Positions 35,387 to 47,232 of a stretch of 64,000 nt of DNA are shown here, in pieces (within the stretch, counting starts at the first letter, position 1; each line of letters opens with the position of its first letter). The position numbers and the translations under genes are program-made. The notes beneath the pieces were generated by a model. It made no database searches, was not told the origin of the DNA, and saw only the letters and a list, made by a program, of their open reading frames with translations. This DNA is from Ministeria vibrans ATCC 50519 (Eukaryota > Protista > Filasterea): the NCBI GenBank assembly GCA_943704425.1, contig CALSCP010002781.1:79733-143732 (forward strand), given 5' to 3'.

Positions 35387-38384
35387 TCATTCGTTGCCAG
35401 TACGAAGCACGCCCATTTTGCGCGAGCTGAGCAATTCGTCGTACTTGCCGTCCTGGCGGCACACCTCGTACATGGCAAGCAGAGCGTTCTCCAGCTCAAC
35501 GGCATAGCGCTCTGCACTCGTGTCGGGGCAGCTAGCATACGACGAACAGTGGAACCAGATGCGGTCCTCGGCGACAACATAGGATGCGCCGTAGCCATCG
35601 GAGCAGAGAGGTGCAAAACCACCGCCGCACGTATCGTAGCCGGGTGTCTGCGACGAGCTAATGCGGAAATCAATCTACCACATACCAAATTCAAAATTCA
35701 GTGTGAGAGTTGGAATAAAGAATGAACACTAGACACGTACCTTGTACGCCTTGGTGTCAAAGAAGGAGGGAAGGGGAGCGTCCGGATTAGTCTCCTGCGC
35801 CATGAGCTTGAGGCCAAGCAGGTGACGGTCGGCTCCGTCACCATTGGTGCACTTGCGCATGTAGCGTACGTGCTGCTTCGTCGCCTTCTTCAGGAGATCC
35901 GCCTAAACCACAACAGAGACAGACAAGACAGACCGACACACATAGAAAGAGTGAGAGAGAGAAAAAAAAAAGAGACCACAAACAGATAGAGAGAGAGAGA
36001 GAGAGAGAGGAAGGTATGCGCGCATCGTAAAAAGAGAAGTAACAGATTGTGCAACAGAGACGACTAACCTTCTGCTGAGCGGTGCAGTCGTTTGAATCCA
36101 TCGCTTCGACAAATTGACGCGCAGCCATTGAGCTGCTGCGAACCGTGTCAGTGCGCCCGTGCAGGAAGCGGAAGGTCGCACCACTCTCGTACGACAGAGC
36201 AAGCTTCTTGTGGATTCGATAGAACGCCAACTGAAACAGCGTTTAGTGGGTGAGTCTGTCAGTCAGCAGTGAGCAAGGGCTAAGGTTCGTACTTGAAGGG
36301 CCATTTGACAGAATGCATCGGGGCTCATTGACAGTTTCTTGATCAGTCCCTTTCCAAAGTAATTGAATGTCAGAACCTACATGGAAAACAAAAGCGTACA
36401 AAAAGGTCAGTGACAACGAAAACTCGAGAATTTTCATAATTCATTTTCTTTCTCTCACCTTGACATCAAATTCACTTGCGAGTTGTTTGAGCGACTCGGT
36501 TGCTTTGGAAATGGTCTGCTCAAACTCGTCGTTCAACTGACAAAGAAAAGAGTGAGTATATGTGGGGTATTATAAGCGTTTGCACGTTGTACCTTGAACA
36601 AGAGCTGAGTAGGTTCGGGAAGAGACTTTTCAGGAGCAATGAGATGGGAAGTGCGGTCGACCCATTTGGACTGGACCGACTCGGTCGCGTAAATGTACTG
36701 GTAGAGATGCAGCACCGTCGTCGCATCAAACCTATATATAGGTGCAGAAATGATTAGAAAATGAGGTTCACTTTGGGTTCTTACATTGAGTGTTCACTGT
36801 TGGACGAGTGAGCGCCATTTTTGAAGATGATAACATTGAGGTTCTTGTCAAACCACAGGCCTTTTGCGTTGCGGTGCATGCCCAGACGTGCCATGTCCGA
36901 CAGGTCCGTGGGCTCATTATCGTCGAGACACACGACAAAGAGAGCACTCTCAATGCAATGAATGGCGCTCGCATTCTCTGGTGCATACTCACACAACGCA
37001 GTTCGCTGCATCGCCCAACTGTGTCGGTCCAGCCCGGTCAGTGCCGCAATGTCCTCTCCTTCTTCATTCCCGCTTTCCTCGGCCATTCGTGCAATTCGTG
37101 CAATCTGGTACTCAATTTCAGGTTCGCTCAGAATTTTGCGCTTCTTTCCTTCGCCACTGTAACACTATAAAAGAAACAAACAAACAAAAAAGTATAAGTA
37201 TAAAGAGAAATAGAGCAAAAGAGTAACCTCGAGGCGGAACCACTTTTTGTTGCGGGTGAGCACAGCAACGTGAGTGGACTGGGGGTAGAAGGCGAGCTCG
37301 TCGCGCCCGACATGGGGAACACGCACTGCGCCAAATAGACGCGAGTACGACGACATGCACAGCGGAATGGTGTTGCCGACACGAATGGGATCCAGTGTCT
37401 GCGTGTCAATCTTCTCCTTGAAGCGCAGTGCGCCTGCAATGATGTTGGCAGCGCGTGCCGACTGCTTGGTCACAATGTTGTCGAGACGGTCCAGGCCGTA
37501 CCAGTTGGAGTAGAGCGGCAGCGGATAGCGCCCCTCCAGGTACACCTTGTTCTCCCACCATTCGCACAGCCACGACGTCTCGCCGCGCACTCGTCGCTCG
37601 CGCTCCTCCAGCTTGCGCTGCAGCGTCTTGCCCTCGCCCGCCACAAACGCCTGTGCCTGCGCCTTGGTCTCTTCAAACTCCTCGGGCGTCATATGCGGCT
37701 CCACAGACGTCAGAAACAGATCAATCGTGGTCTGAAGACGGGGCACCGGCAGAGGCGGAAGCACCTTCTGGAAGGCCCACAGGCGACTGAATAAGAAGCA
37801 AGAGTTGGATTATCACGTGAAAAAAAAAGAATGTGTCAATACTTACGGCTTTCGTCCGCCCAGGAAGCTAACGGCGCCCATGTACGCGCCGGTGAGCGCT
37901 GATTGCGGGTGGTAGGCCCAGCCGCGGTAGCGCAGCAGCGAGCGAAGAGTGAATTCGCGAATGAAGGGAACGCGAAAAACAACGTTCATGGTGAGGATCG
38001 TGCCGCCAATCACCTCGCTCGCAAGCACAATGATGGATTTGGTCAGACCCGCATCGAAAAGAGACAGCTAAAGGAAAACGGGGTGAGCACCGACGCACTT
38101 TCGGGTTTTCGGAAGCAGTTGTGTAATATTTCGCCTGATCGCACGCGCCCAGTGCAAAGCCGTCAAAATAGGGGCGCATGTGCGCAGTATGGGAATCGAG
38201 TGAATGATGTGCGCTTGGTGGAGGGGCAGCGCGCAGAGCGCAGAGTGAGTTGGATGTCACTTTCTTATCTTACGCCAAGCAGGCCACCAAGGACGCCCGT
38301 GACCACCGTAGCAGTGGTGCCCCATCGAAACGTTGGCACTTGCGGCACGAGGTTCTTGTCGCTGGGCGGAGTTGGCTCAGACAT
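35387..38384 (-). CDS. Choline/carnitine O-acyltransferase, CPT1-like with hydrophobic N-terminal extension (multi-exon)
   Basis: LPPLPVPRL, SWLCEWWENKVYL, WFDK, catalytic EHSMFDA, YES...RFLHGRTDTVRS, GADRHLLGL, GFAPLCSDGYG. The N-terminal exons are less certain. Confidence 0.9.
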
Positions 38385-38602
38385 TGAGTGGTGAGCGAAA
38401 AAAGGCCAAAAAGGTGTGGGAGTTAGAAAAGTAGATTTTATTTGATCTCAGGGGAAAACAATGGCACTGGGTAAGCACTGCATCATAACCCCAATATTCA
38501 ATAAGCCCATAGCCCAATAAGCCCATACGACTTATCAATTGCGTCGCGAGGGTATTCGTCTGTCAAAAAATTCCCCAAAATAAATTATACTTTTTCCAAA
38601 GA

Positions 38603-40099
38603 ATGCTCCCTAACTTGTCTGAATCGGGTCAGAAGGCGTACCGCGATCTATCGCGTGAGTTGTTGAGGTTTGGAACCTCCAAGGACATCGTGGGAGCATG
38701 GGAGGCGTTGAAGAGTGCTGATGGCACTTCGCCCCTCGTCGACATTCTCATGGCTGCCCTGATCTTGTATGGAGACACCCTAGACTCGACCGACAACGCC
38801 GAGGAGTTTCTCGATCGTGCTGCGAACGCGGTGCTCAGCGGTTCTTTCGAGCAGCGACTGTACGACGCAATTCGGTTGTGGCACGCACAGCGACGGAGCG
38901 AAAGTGCCGACGCTCTCCTCGCTCTCCTCGCCGACGATCCCTCCGAGCTGCTGTGTGCCAAACTGTGCGGAGACCAGCTTTTCTGGTTGGGACGTGTGGC
39001 TGATCTTGCGTCCATGTGGAATCGGGTGTACAGTGCGGTGCCGGACGAGCCGCTCGTGTTTGGCTATGTCGCCCTCTTCCTCGAAGAGACGGGGCATTTG
39101 GAGGAAGCGGAGAAAATTGCACAGCGTGGCACAGACATGGAGGAACGCAATCCGTGGGCACACCACGTAAGAACCAGAGGCAGCCGTAAAAAAAAAGTCA
39201 CGCTAGCCACAATGTTGTTCTCTTGTTTCACTTTTGTTTCTTTTTCTCTCAAAACTCTTAAACTCTCTTAGGCGATGGCACATGTTTTTGACAGGCGCGG
39301 ACTGACGCGCGAAGCTATCGAGTGGCTTCAACCACACACTTACGTGTGGGACACCGTTGGTACGTTTGCACTCACGCACTGCTACTGGCACCTGGCACTC
39401 TGTCATCTTGAACTTGGCGAGAGTGCACTGGCGCTCAAGCTTTACGACGATAAAGTATTTGGTGCCGGTGACACGTCCGCTGTGCACGACCTGTCGAACA
39501 TGGCGTGTCTTCTTTACCGTATCGACATGGCCTCTGGTATGGACTCAAAAACGGCAGTAGGGGTCGATCGATGGAGTGTTCTCGCAGACATTTGCGAGGC
39601 ACACGTCGGCGATCGCTCCCTTGCCTATCTTGACTATCACTACGCCATGGTTCTGGCGTCTGCCATCCGCTGCAACGCTCCACACAGTGCAGGCTATCGC
39701 ATTGCATTGGACAGACTTCTTGCTGGCCAAACTACACACCTTAATCATCTGAGGGACTGCACCGAGAAGAATCCAAGCACCGCCGACCAACTGTCCATCT
39801 GGTCCGTGGGAGTGCCCATGACACACGCGATTGCCTATCATGCCCTCGGGGACTTTGTGAGAGCACGCGATGCTCTCAAGCAGGCTCATTTCACCGTTGA
39901 GAACTGCCGCGAACGACTGCACCTGACCGCAGGCAGCGACGCACAAAAGGACGCCTTTGAATTTGCTCACATTGACATTGTGCGTCGTTCGCCCGACTGT
40001 CCCACTGACACTGTTCAACGCTGGCTTGTGCACCGCCTTGCCACTGACAAAGCCCAGTCCGTGATGTTAGCTCAATGGCTGTCTCAACTTGTGCAATAA
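38603..40099 (+). CDS. TTC38: Tetratricopeptide repeat protein 38-like (intron 39166-39271)
   Basis: LEETGH...NPWAHHAMAHVF...HCYWHLALCHLE...GSDAQKDAF fits the TTC38 family. Confidence 0.85.
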
Positions 40100-40108
40100 G
40101 AACAATAC

Positions 40109-40164
<56 letters not shown>

Positions 40165-40278
40165 TAATAATAATAATAATAGGAAATAAATAGAGAATCG
40201 AGAGCTGTACTCAATGTCAAAACAAGATAATAATTATATTTTTATTATTAATTTTATTATTATTATTATTATTATTAT

Positions 40279-43200
40279 TCACTTTTCTATCTTCTTGCGT
40301 TGCATCCGCTGTTTCTTTGCGAGATGCTCATACTCGCGCTCGTTTTTCTCATCTTGCTGCTCCATTTGCTCCATCGCATCGTCTAGTTCGTCCTAAGTTG
40401 AATATGTAAATAATATTATTATCAATGAAAACAATTCAATCCGATCAGATTTGTTTCTATTCGTTTTTTGGCCTCCTCTTTTTTTACCAAGGCTCGTTTG
40501 AGCTTTGCACGAACGCCTTGCATCCGCTCACGACTCTCTCGCGTTTGTCGTGACACCAAATTCATGCGTTCCTTGTCCTGGCGCACGGCGAGGCCGTTGT
40601 GACGACGCGACAGAGCCTCGGTTGTACGTCGAAAGTGACGCTTCGTCTCCTCAATCGATCGGCTGTACTTGTCCGCAATCGTCTTGAGAATTCCCGCAAT
40701 CTCCAGGCTAATCAAAAGGCGCGAGACGTTTAGTCATACCATGACCGGTATCCATCCTTGTTTCTTTCCTTCTCTCTCCATCACAAATACGTTTGTTTTC
40801 GCTCGCCTCCTCTAAGTCTTCTCTCACTCTTTCTCTCTACTCGCTCTGCCACTTTGTTCCTCCTCAATTCTCTCTAAGTTAGCCTCTCACCTTGTATCCA
40901 CATCAACAGGCTTTGGTTCGACACTAGTTGTTGTCAAACCGTCCTCAACGTCAAAGTCTTCGTCACCCATGTCGCCGTCGTCGTTGCTGTTGTTGCTGTT
41001 GTTGTTATCGTCTTCCTCCTCCGTCTCCTCCTGCTGACACACAACCTCCTCCTCACTCTTCTTCTGATTCACTTCCTTTTTCAGCTCGACTGTTCGAGTC
41101 GACCTCTTGCTGGCGGTCTTACTCGCCACGACTCGCTCTTCCTCCTCCTTCACCCCCTGCTTCTGCTGTTCCTTCTCGTCGCGTTCCTTTTTGGCGGCAC
41201 GCGTCTTGGTGCGCTCCATGGCCTTGCTGACCGCTGCCTTCTTGGATGCACTTACGTACTTTTTGGGCTTCGTCTTTGCCTCAAGTACCACTGGACAAAA
41301 GGCTTTTTACAAGGCACCTTTGTTTCAAATTTTGCTCTCTACCTTTTGGCGCAACTGGGTGCTCGGACGCCTGCCCTGGGGTGGTGACAAAGTCAAATTC
41401 GTCCACCATCGTCGTCTGCTCCTTGCTCTCCTTGTTTGCGGGCACACTTCCATACTTGGGTGGTGTGTCGTCGACTTTGCTTTTGTTCTTGTTGCTCTCG
41501 TTGACAGTCTCCAGCACACCTTTGCTGCGCTTCTTTGCCGCTCTTTCTTTTCCTTCCGAACGTACCTGTTTTGTTTGTTTGTTTGTTTGTTTGTTTGTTT
41601 GTTTGTTGTGCGTGTGTGTGTGTGTTTTAAAGGCTGTCTCAGTTTTGTCGGCCATTCTTTTTTTTCTGTTTCACCTTTGGCTTGCGCGGCTTGGTTGTCT
41701 CACGTTTGTTCACATTGGCATCATCATCGACAACATCGTTCATTTCGGTTTCCTACAAAGAGTATTTGTTGCTTTTTCTTCTCCTTTCGGCGGTACGAAT
41801 TTTTACCTTGTGCGAGGCGGAGCGAGTGAGACGACAGCTTTGTGTGGGAGTTGTTGTGGTCATTTCTGGCTCCAAACGATGCTGAGCTTCGAGTTCGGTC
41901 ACTTGACTCAGGAGCAGTGCATTGTCTTCGACATCGTCGAGAGCACCCAATGAAAGGCTCTCGAGCAATTGAGCACCGTCCACAACAGCACTGGAGCCTT
42001 TGACGTGTGTCGCATCCAACAGCTCGCCTTGTACACCACTTGTGACCACCTTGGACGGCATGCTTGACTTGACCGAGCGACCACTCTTGAAGAACCACAC
42101 CAGCATATTCGACAGGGCTTCACCTGCTCGACATGTCAAACACAAAGCAAGGCGAACAATGACTTTGTTTTGTCTTACTCTTGCCCTTGAGCACAATGCG
42201 AATATGACTCTTGCTCTCTTGCATGCTGCTTGGAATCACACTGTTGAGCAGTCGCTCGGGCGACCGGTCAACATGAACGTCCACCTCCACCGTGTCATCA
42301 TTGACAACTACATTACATGATTTTTTGATGTTTTTTTTTTCAATTTTTTTCAATTTTTTTCTTTGGGGGTGAGAGAGGAGGGGCTGCGAACGATGTTTTT
42401 GGCGAATTTTTTTTTTATTCGCTCACCTTTGATGGAATATTCGTCCACCAGACGCAACCGAATGGTCATGACACAACCTTCAACCTACATGGTACATGGC
42501 TGTTTGTCACCTGTTTTCTATTTTGGACAGTTGACGACGCACAACAAAAAGCCTTACGGTTGCAGTTGAGTCACTTGACGATTGATCGTCTGGCAGCGCA
42601 ATGAGCAGCGTAAATGAGCGCGACACAAGGTTCATGTCACACCAGAGACCATCTTCGCGAGAGGGCGCTTGGAGGGAACGCTCATTGAGACGCACCTCCG
42701 AGACACGGGCGGAGACAACGCTTCGCGCCGAGCCAGTCGCACTGCCATTGAGTTGCTGAAGAAAACGACGCACTTGTCGGTCAAAGTGTCGCGGCTCAAT
42801 GGCAGCAAAAGCCGTTGCGACAGCCGGCTGCTCAAGTGTGGCCATCGCAAATGACTGACGCATCTTCTTGGTGGTCGTTCGAATCGCAAACTCCGTTGTG
42901 TACCATTGAACAAGCACGTCTTCGAAAGTGAGGAGAGATGAGCGTGGTTGAATGAGGAGGGGCTTGGGGGGAGTTGAAACACTGCATTTTTAGTTATTCT
43001 TCGCATGTGCATTCAAATAACTTTGCTGTTGTTATTGCTGCTTACCACCGGCTGTGGGGAGATTCTTAAAGATTCGTTCCCTACCATTGCAAGTACAACT
43101 CGTGTAAATAACAAGATCATATATTTCTCTCATTATCGTACTGGTACTCTTTGAAAGTTGGCACACCCATCACGAACGTCTTGTTTTCTTTGCATCCATT

Positions 43201-44338
43201 GAGCAGCTCGTTGATCACTCGAAGTGACTGCAATAGTAAAAATAATAGGAAAATAAATAGAGAATCGAGAGCTGTACTCAATGTCAAAACAAAACTATAT
43301 TCAAAACAAAGAACAGATACTAATACTAGTATTAAAACGCGTTCTTCCAGGTGGAAAATGCAGAAGATAACGATGTGACATCATTTTGTTTTGAGCATAC
43401 TTGGGCTTTGACATCTGGGTCTTCGCTTGCGTTGCCACTCGTCTCCATCAGAGTGTCTGTCAGAGTGTGGCACAGGCTTACTTTCACTACACAAAAGATC
43501 GTTTTTTGGATGTTGTCAAAACGAATGCTTAGTAAAAGCGAATTGCAAGAGTACTTGTGCGAGACAGCATTGAAACCTCCTAAGGCGGACCAAAGAGAAA
43601 AATTAATACAATCATCATAGTACTTTCATACAACTATTAATTTTCGTTGCATTTATTCTCATGCGGGGGGGGGGGCTCGTACACGAATCGTGTCAAGCAC
43701 AATAACGGCCATGTTGCGGACTTCGTCTGTACGCTCCACAACATCAATAACAGACCGAAATACACGTTGGAGAGTAGAGGGGAGACTGTGTGAAAACACA
43801 TGAGGGCAGTGAGAGCGTGTTTCGCAACGTGTCGTTTCGTTTTTTTTTTGTTTGTGTTCACCCCGTCTCCACGAGCAATGTGACTGTTTCGTTGGCGAAC
43901 GGCGCTTGTAACAGTCTGAGAATTGCATCAAATGCCACGTATTCTTTGTCGATGAGAGACTGTGCAGGAGTAAAACAATTTTTTTTTTAGACATGTTTCA
44001 AAATCGCGTCGTCGACGCGTTTTTCTGCGTTTGCATTTGGCGCGCTTCGCACTTTTTCCTACCTGCAACAGCAGTCGCTCGATGGTTCGCGAAAATTTGA
44101 TTGAGCAAGTCAAGGAAACATTGTCATTAAGACGATTGAGTCGTCTGGGGATGTCACACAAGTGTAGATAGCCTTCATCGGCAACGAGCGCGTCGGCGCT
44201 CTTGGAAGAAAAAAAAATTATATTATATGTTTCATAATTTCTTCTTTCCGTTCCTACCAGCGCTTCCTTGTTACTCGGCGTTGAACTTGCCAAAGGAGAG
44301 TTGGTGTCAACCGCGTGACCTGTTGGAGTGGCGATCAT
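40279..44338 (-). CDS. SYCP2: SYCP2-like meiotic chromosome-axis protein (ARM-like domain, Spt16M/PH-like domain, disordered middle, C-terminal coiled coil); many small exons
   Basis: Manual splicing gives ...VSLTCSIKFSRTIERLL...LLVETGLP...SLRVINELL...LPTAGDVLVQWYTTEFAIRTTTKKMRQSFA...FAAIEPRHFDRQVRRFLQQLNG...SLQAPSREDGLWCDMNLVSRSFTLLI. This is collinear with mammalian SYCP2 as recalled (AGDYDLQVGITEALCRMTTEKQRQELA...FETDCRIFLNLVNG...FWIDFNLGSQTLSFYI). Coiled-coil exons lie at 40279-40710. Confidence 0.8.
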
Positions 44339-44594
44339 GAAGAAGAGAAGAAAAATAATGAGTAAAAAAAAAAGTTTGATCTAACGGCAATCGGCGGGTT
44401 CGACTTTGGCCTGATGCATATATTCCTGTTGCAGAGTGAAGTCTGTGCAGTCATTCCCAGCGAATAACGATCAGATCTTGGACACAACAGAGACAGCCGT
44501 TTTGGGGGTAATTTCACGGCGGTGAGACAGTAGTGACTTTTCGCCACTTTTATCGAACTTTTATCTTCCTGAATATTCAGTAATATTTCCTGAA

Positions 44595-46079
44595 ATGGAC
44601 TACGAATCGCGACAGACGGCCGACTATCAGTCTGTATGCTTATTGAAGGATGCATACGAGACAGTTTCTGAAGCGATGGAGCGCCATCGCGCGAAAAACT
44701 CGACGCGAGCGCTGACGCTGAGCCACTCCAAAGGATCCGTTGACGGTGCGCGACGGCTGGGCTTCGACATAGCACGTTGCTGACACCCTCTGACAATGCG
44801 TTGTGCAGTCTTTATTTTCAGTGCGTGTAGCTTGCTTGAGCAGTCGCCGCAGTGTCGTTTTCAAGGTTGGCTGAATTTTTACGACAGATTTGAGCGCTGC
44901 GGACGCGTCAACGCCAGTCCTGCCTGACACATGCCTCTGCTGGCCTCTCTCTCTAGCGACACGGCTGTTTAACAGATATATGGAAAAGACTATGACGTCG
45001 GCGCGGCGCCAATTGGAGCGCAACCCCGAGACTTGGTATGTGAGCGTTTCTGCATCATTCTGTTTTTTTTTTTTTTTTTTTTTTTTTCTCACATTTTTGA
45101 GGGTGACTCGTTTTACTATCGTATCGTGCACGTAGCCAACGGCGCATGGCGGCCTTTGCCAAACGTGAAGCATCGTGTGTACTATTGACGGCCGCCAGCT
45201 GCATTCAGCTTGCCAACAAGGTGAAATTGCGGAAACCCTTCAAAACGTTTCGATTATATATAATATAATAAAAATTTCTCGTTTTCGCGCCAAGGTTTGC
45301 ATGGGGACGAGCAAGTGCGCTTCTGGATCAAAAGACATCATAAATGTGCGCACAGTGTACCAATTGCTCAATGGGAGTTGGTCCAAGGAGGAGATTTTGG
45401 AGGTAAGGTCCTTTTTGTGTTTTGTGTGTCGTGATGTTCTGGTCGAAGAACTTGACAAATCTGGATTTGGACTTGGCAGAGTGAATACCGCGTCTGGGGA
45501 CGTCTTGAGTTCAATGCGGTGGTCTATTCAAGTGCGACACTGTTAGACATTCTGATTGAGTACATGGCGTTTCAGGAGGATTTTGAGCTGCCGTTTGAGC
45601 GTGTCACCAAAGTAAGACAACCAAAGACGAGAGTCAAACGACAAACGCCTCTTATATGTACTCACTCACTCACACGATCTCTCTCTGTATTTCAACTGTG
45701 TGTACGTCACTAGACGGCCTGGGTGGTACTAGACCTGATGCACGACATTGCTGACATCCGTGACAACACGATGGTAATGGGCAACGAGGCTCTCATGGCC
45801 GCAAGCGCGCTTCTCACCGCCACCTTTTCCATTGACCGCGACTCTGTTTCCGTCCTTCTCGATCATGGTGCGACCTCCCCCCTCTCGCCCCCCCCCNNNN
45901 NNNNNCCCCTCCTTCTCCCCCCGAAAAAAACGAAAAAAAACAAATCTGACACAACTTTTGTGTCGTGTGTTGCAGTGTTGCCATTGACACACCTGTCGGA
46001 CGTGCTCATGACCGAAGTGTCGAACAGAGTGCTTGAAGAGATGAAGAGAGATCGCGAGCGCGAAGATTGGCCCCAGTGA
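44595..46079 (+). CDS. CNTD1: CNTD1/COSA-1-like cyclin-fold crossover factor; exons 44595-44745, 44809-44865, 44957-45035, 45136-45220, 45295-45402, 45480-45611, 45714-45867, 45976-46079
   Basis: All introns are GT-AG and frame-consistent. Product VFIFSACSLLEQSPQCRFQATRLFNRYM...LLTAASCIQLANKV...SKEEILESEYRVWGRLEF...LDILIEYM...AWVVLDLM...LMAASALLTATF matches CNTD1 as recalled (YQAVEILERFM...SCVQLASKL...TKEELLESELDVL...CLTLLDLVY). Confidence 0.82.
45897..45904. other. Short assembly gap (N run) inside a C-homopolymer in the last CNTD1 intron
   Basis: Literal n characters flanked by poly-C. Confidence 0.95.
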
Positions 46080-46216
46080 AAAAGTGAACAAGCCGAGAGT
46101 GCGCTGATGTCCATTGGTGATGTACTTGCGAATGTAACAACAATAGAAGCAAAAAAACAGAGAAACAGTTATATAGGCAGTTACATCGATACATTGAAAA
46201 AATGGCCGTAGGACGC

Positions 46217-46887
46217 TTAGCGGTGTGCTCGTCCCTTAGCCTTGATTTTCTTTTCGCGCTTCTGCTTCAGTCGTTGCTTCAATTTTTTCTACAGTCATTG
46301 CAATAATAATTAATAAAAACAGAAACCAAAGGAAATAGAGAAAAAAGTAGAGGAAAGCAACACATGTAGACGGCAAAGAGGAACCCACCCACCCATACAT
46401 ACATACATACACACACACACAATGATGCGTTGCGTTGCGCGTGTACCTTGTCGTCGTCCGAAAGCAACTTGTGCAAAAGTTGAGTGTGAGTCGCGTCGTC
46501 GTCGCCTTGGTCCATTTGTGCGGTGCCCGTGGACGATGTGTCTGGGTAGAGGACGTCACGCACGCTGAAGTCGTCGTCGGGAGCGCGGTATTGCGGCACG
46601 TGAGTGACGCTCTTGGCTTTCGCAACCTTTTCCACGTGTGCCGACTCCTTGAGGCGTGCGCTCTCCTTGCGCGCCAGCCTCTCTGACTTCATGTCGTCGA
46701 CGACTTCCCAGAACGAGAAGTTCGGCTCGGGCGTCCCGTTGGGGTCAGGGCGCTCTTGCATTTCCGGCAGTTCCCGGCGCTTGTTGCCGGGCAATTTGCG
46801 CGCAAGATTGTTCGTCTTGGCCTTCTCCCACGGCTCCAAAGCCTTCACTTTCAGCTGGATGAATCGTCTCTTTGCCGCCTTGCCCAT
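46217..46887 (-). CDS. Hypothetical Lys/Arg-rich protein, about 170 aa (intron ~46445-46289), possibly nucleolar
   Basis: Clean ATG ORF with C/G-ending codon bias; spliced basic C-terminus KKLKQRLKQKREKKIKAKGRAHR*. No family recognised. Confidence 0.6.
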
Positions 46888-46980
46888 GGTAACAGAAGCC
46901 GATTAAAATTTAAGTGAGAATAAACTCTTATAATTTTCGATCTGTATTCTGGATCGAGAAGAGACACAGAAGAGATCATT

Positions 46981-47120
46981 GTGACTGAGTGACTCACAAA
47001 CTGAGCCACAGTGTGACTTGTAAGTTGTAGACTGCACTCAATGCAGACTGTAGAGTGTGACTGACTCAGACTGAGTGAGTAGGTGACTTCTCAGTCACCG
47101 CAAGAACTTACTCAACTGAG
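46981..47120. promoter_or_regulatory. Divergent promoter dense in TGACT/TGAGT half-sites, with two TGACTCA heptamers and a 7-bp inverted repeat
   Basis: TGACTCA at 46990-46996 and 47062-47068; GGTGACT-tctc-AGTCACC at 47082-47099; lies between divergent ATGs at 46887 and 47233. Confidence 0.45.
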
Positions 47121-47232
47121 AACGATTAATTTTCATAAATTTTTATATTATTTATACCACTGCAGTGGTTTCTCTCACTGGCTTGCGACTTTGCAGTTTG
47201 CGCTACTTGAAATCAGCAAAGACGGGGGCCTG

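Noticed and set aside
44809-44960. Apparent in-frame TGA (44872) in CNTD1, suggesting recoding or a pseudogene
   Set aside because: The TGA lies inside intron 44866-44956; the correct frame (LLEQSPQCRFQ|ATRLF) is open and matches the family better.
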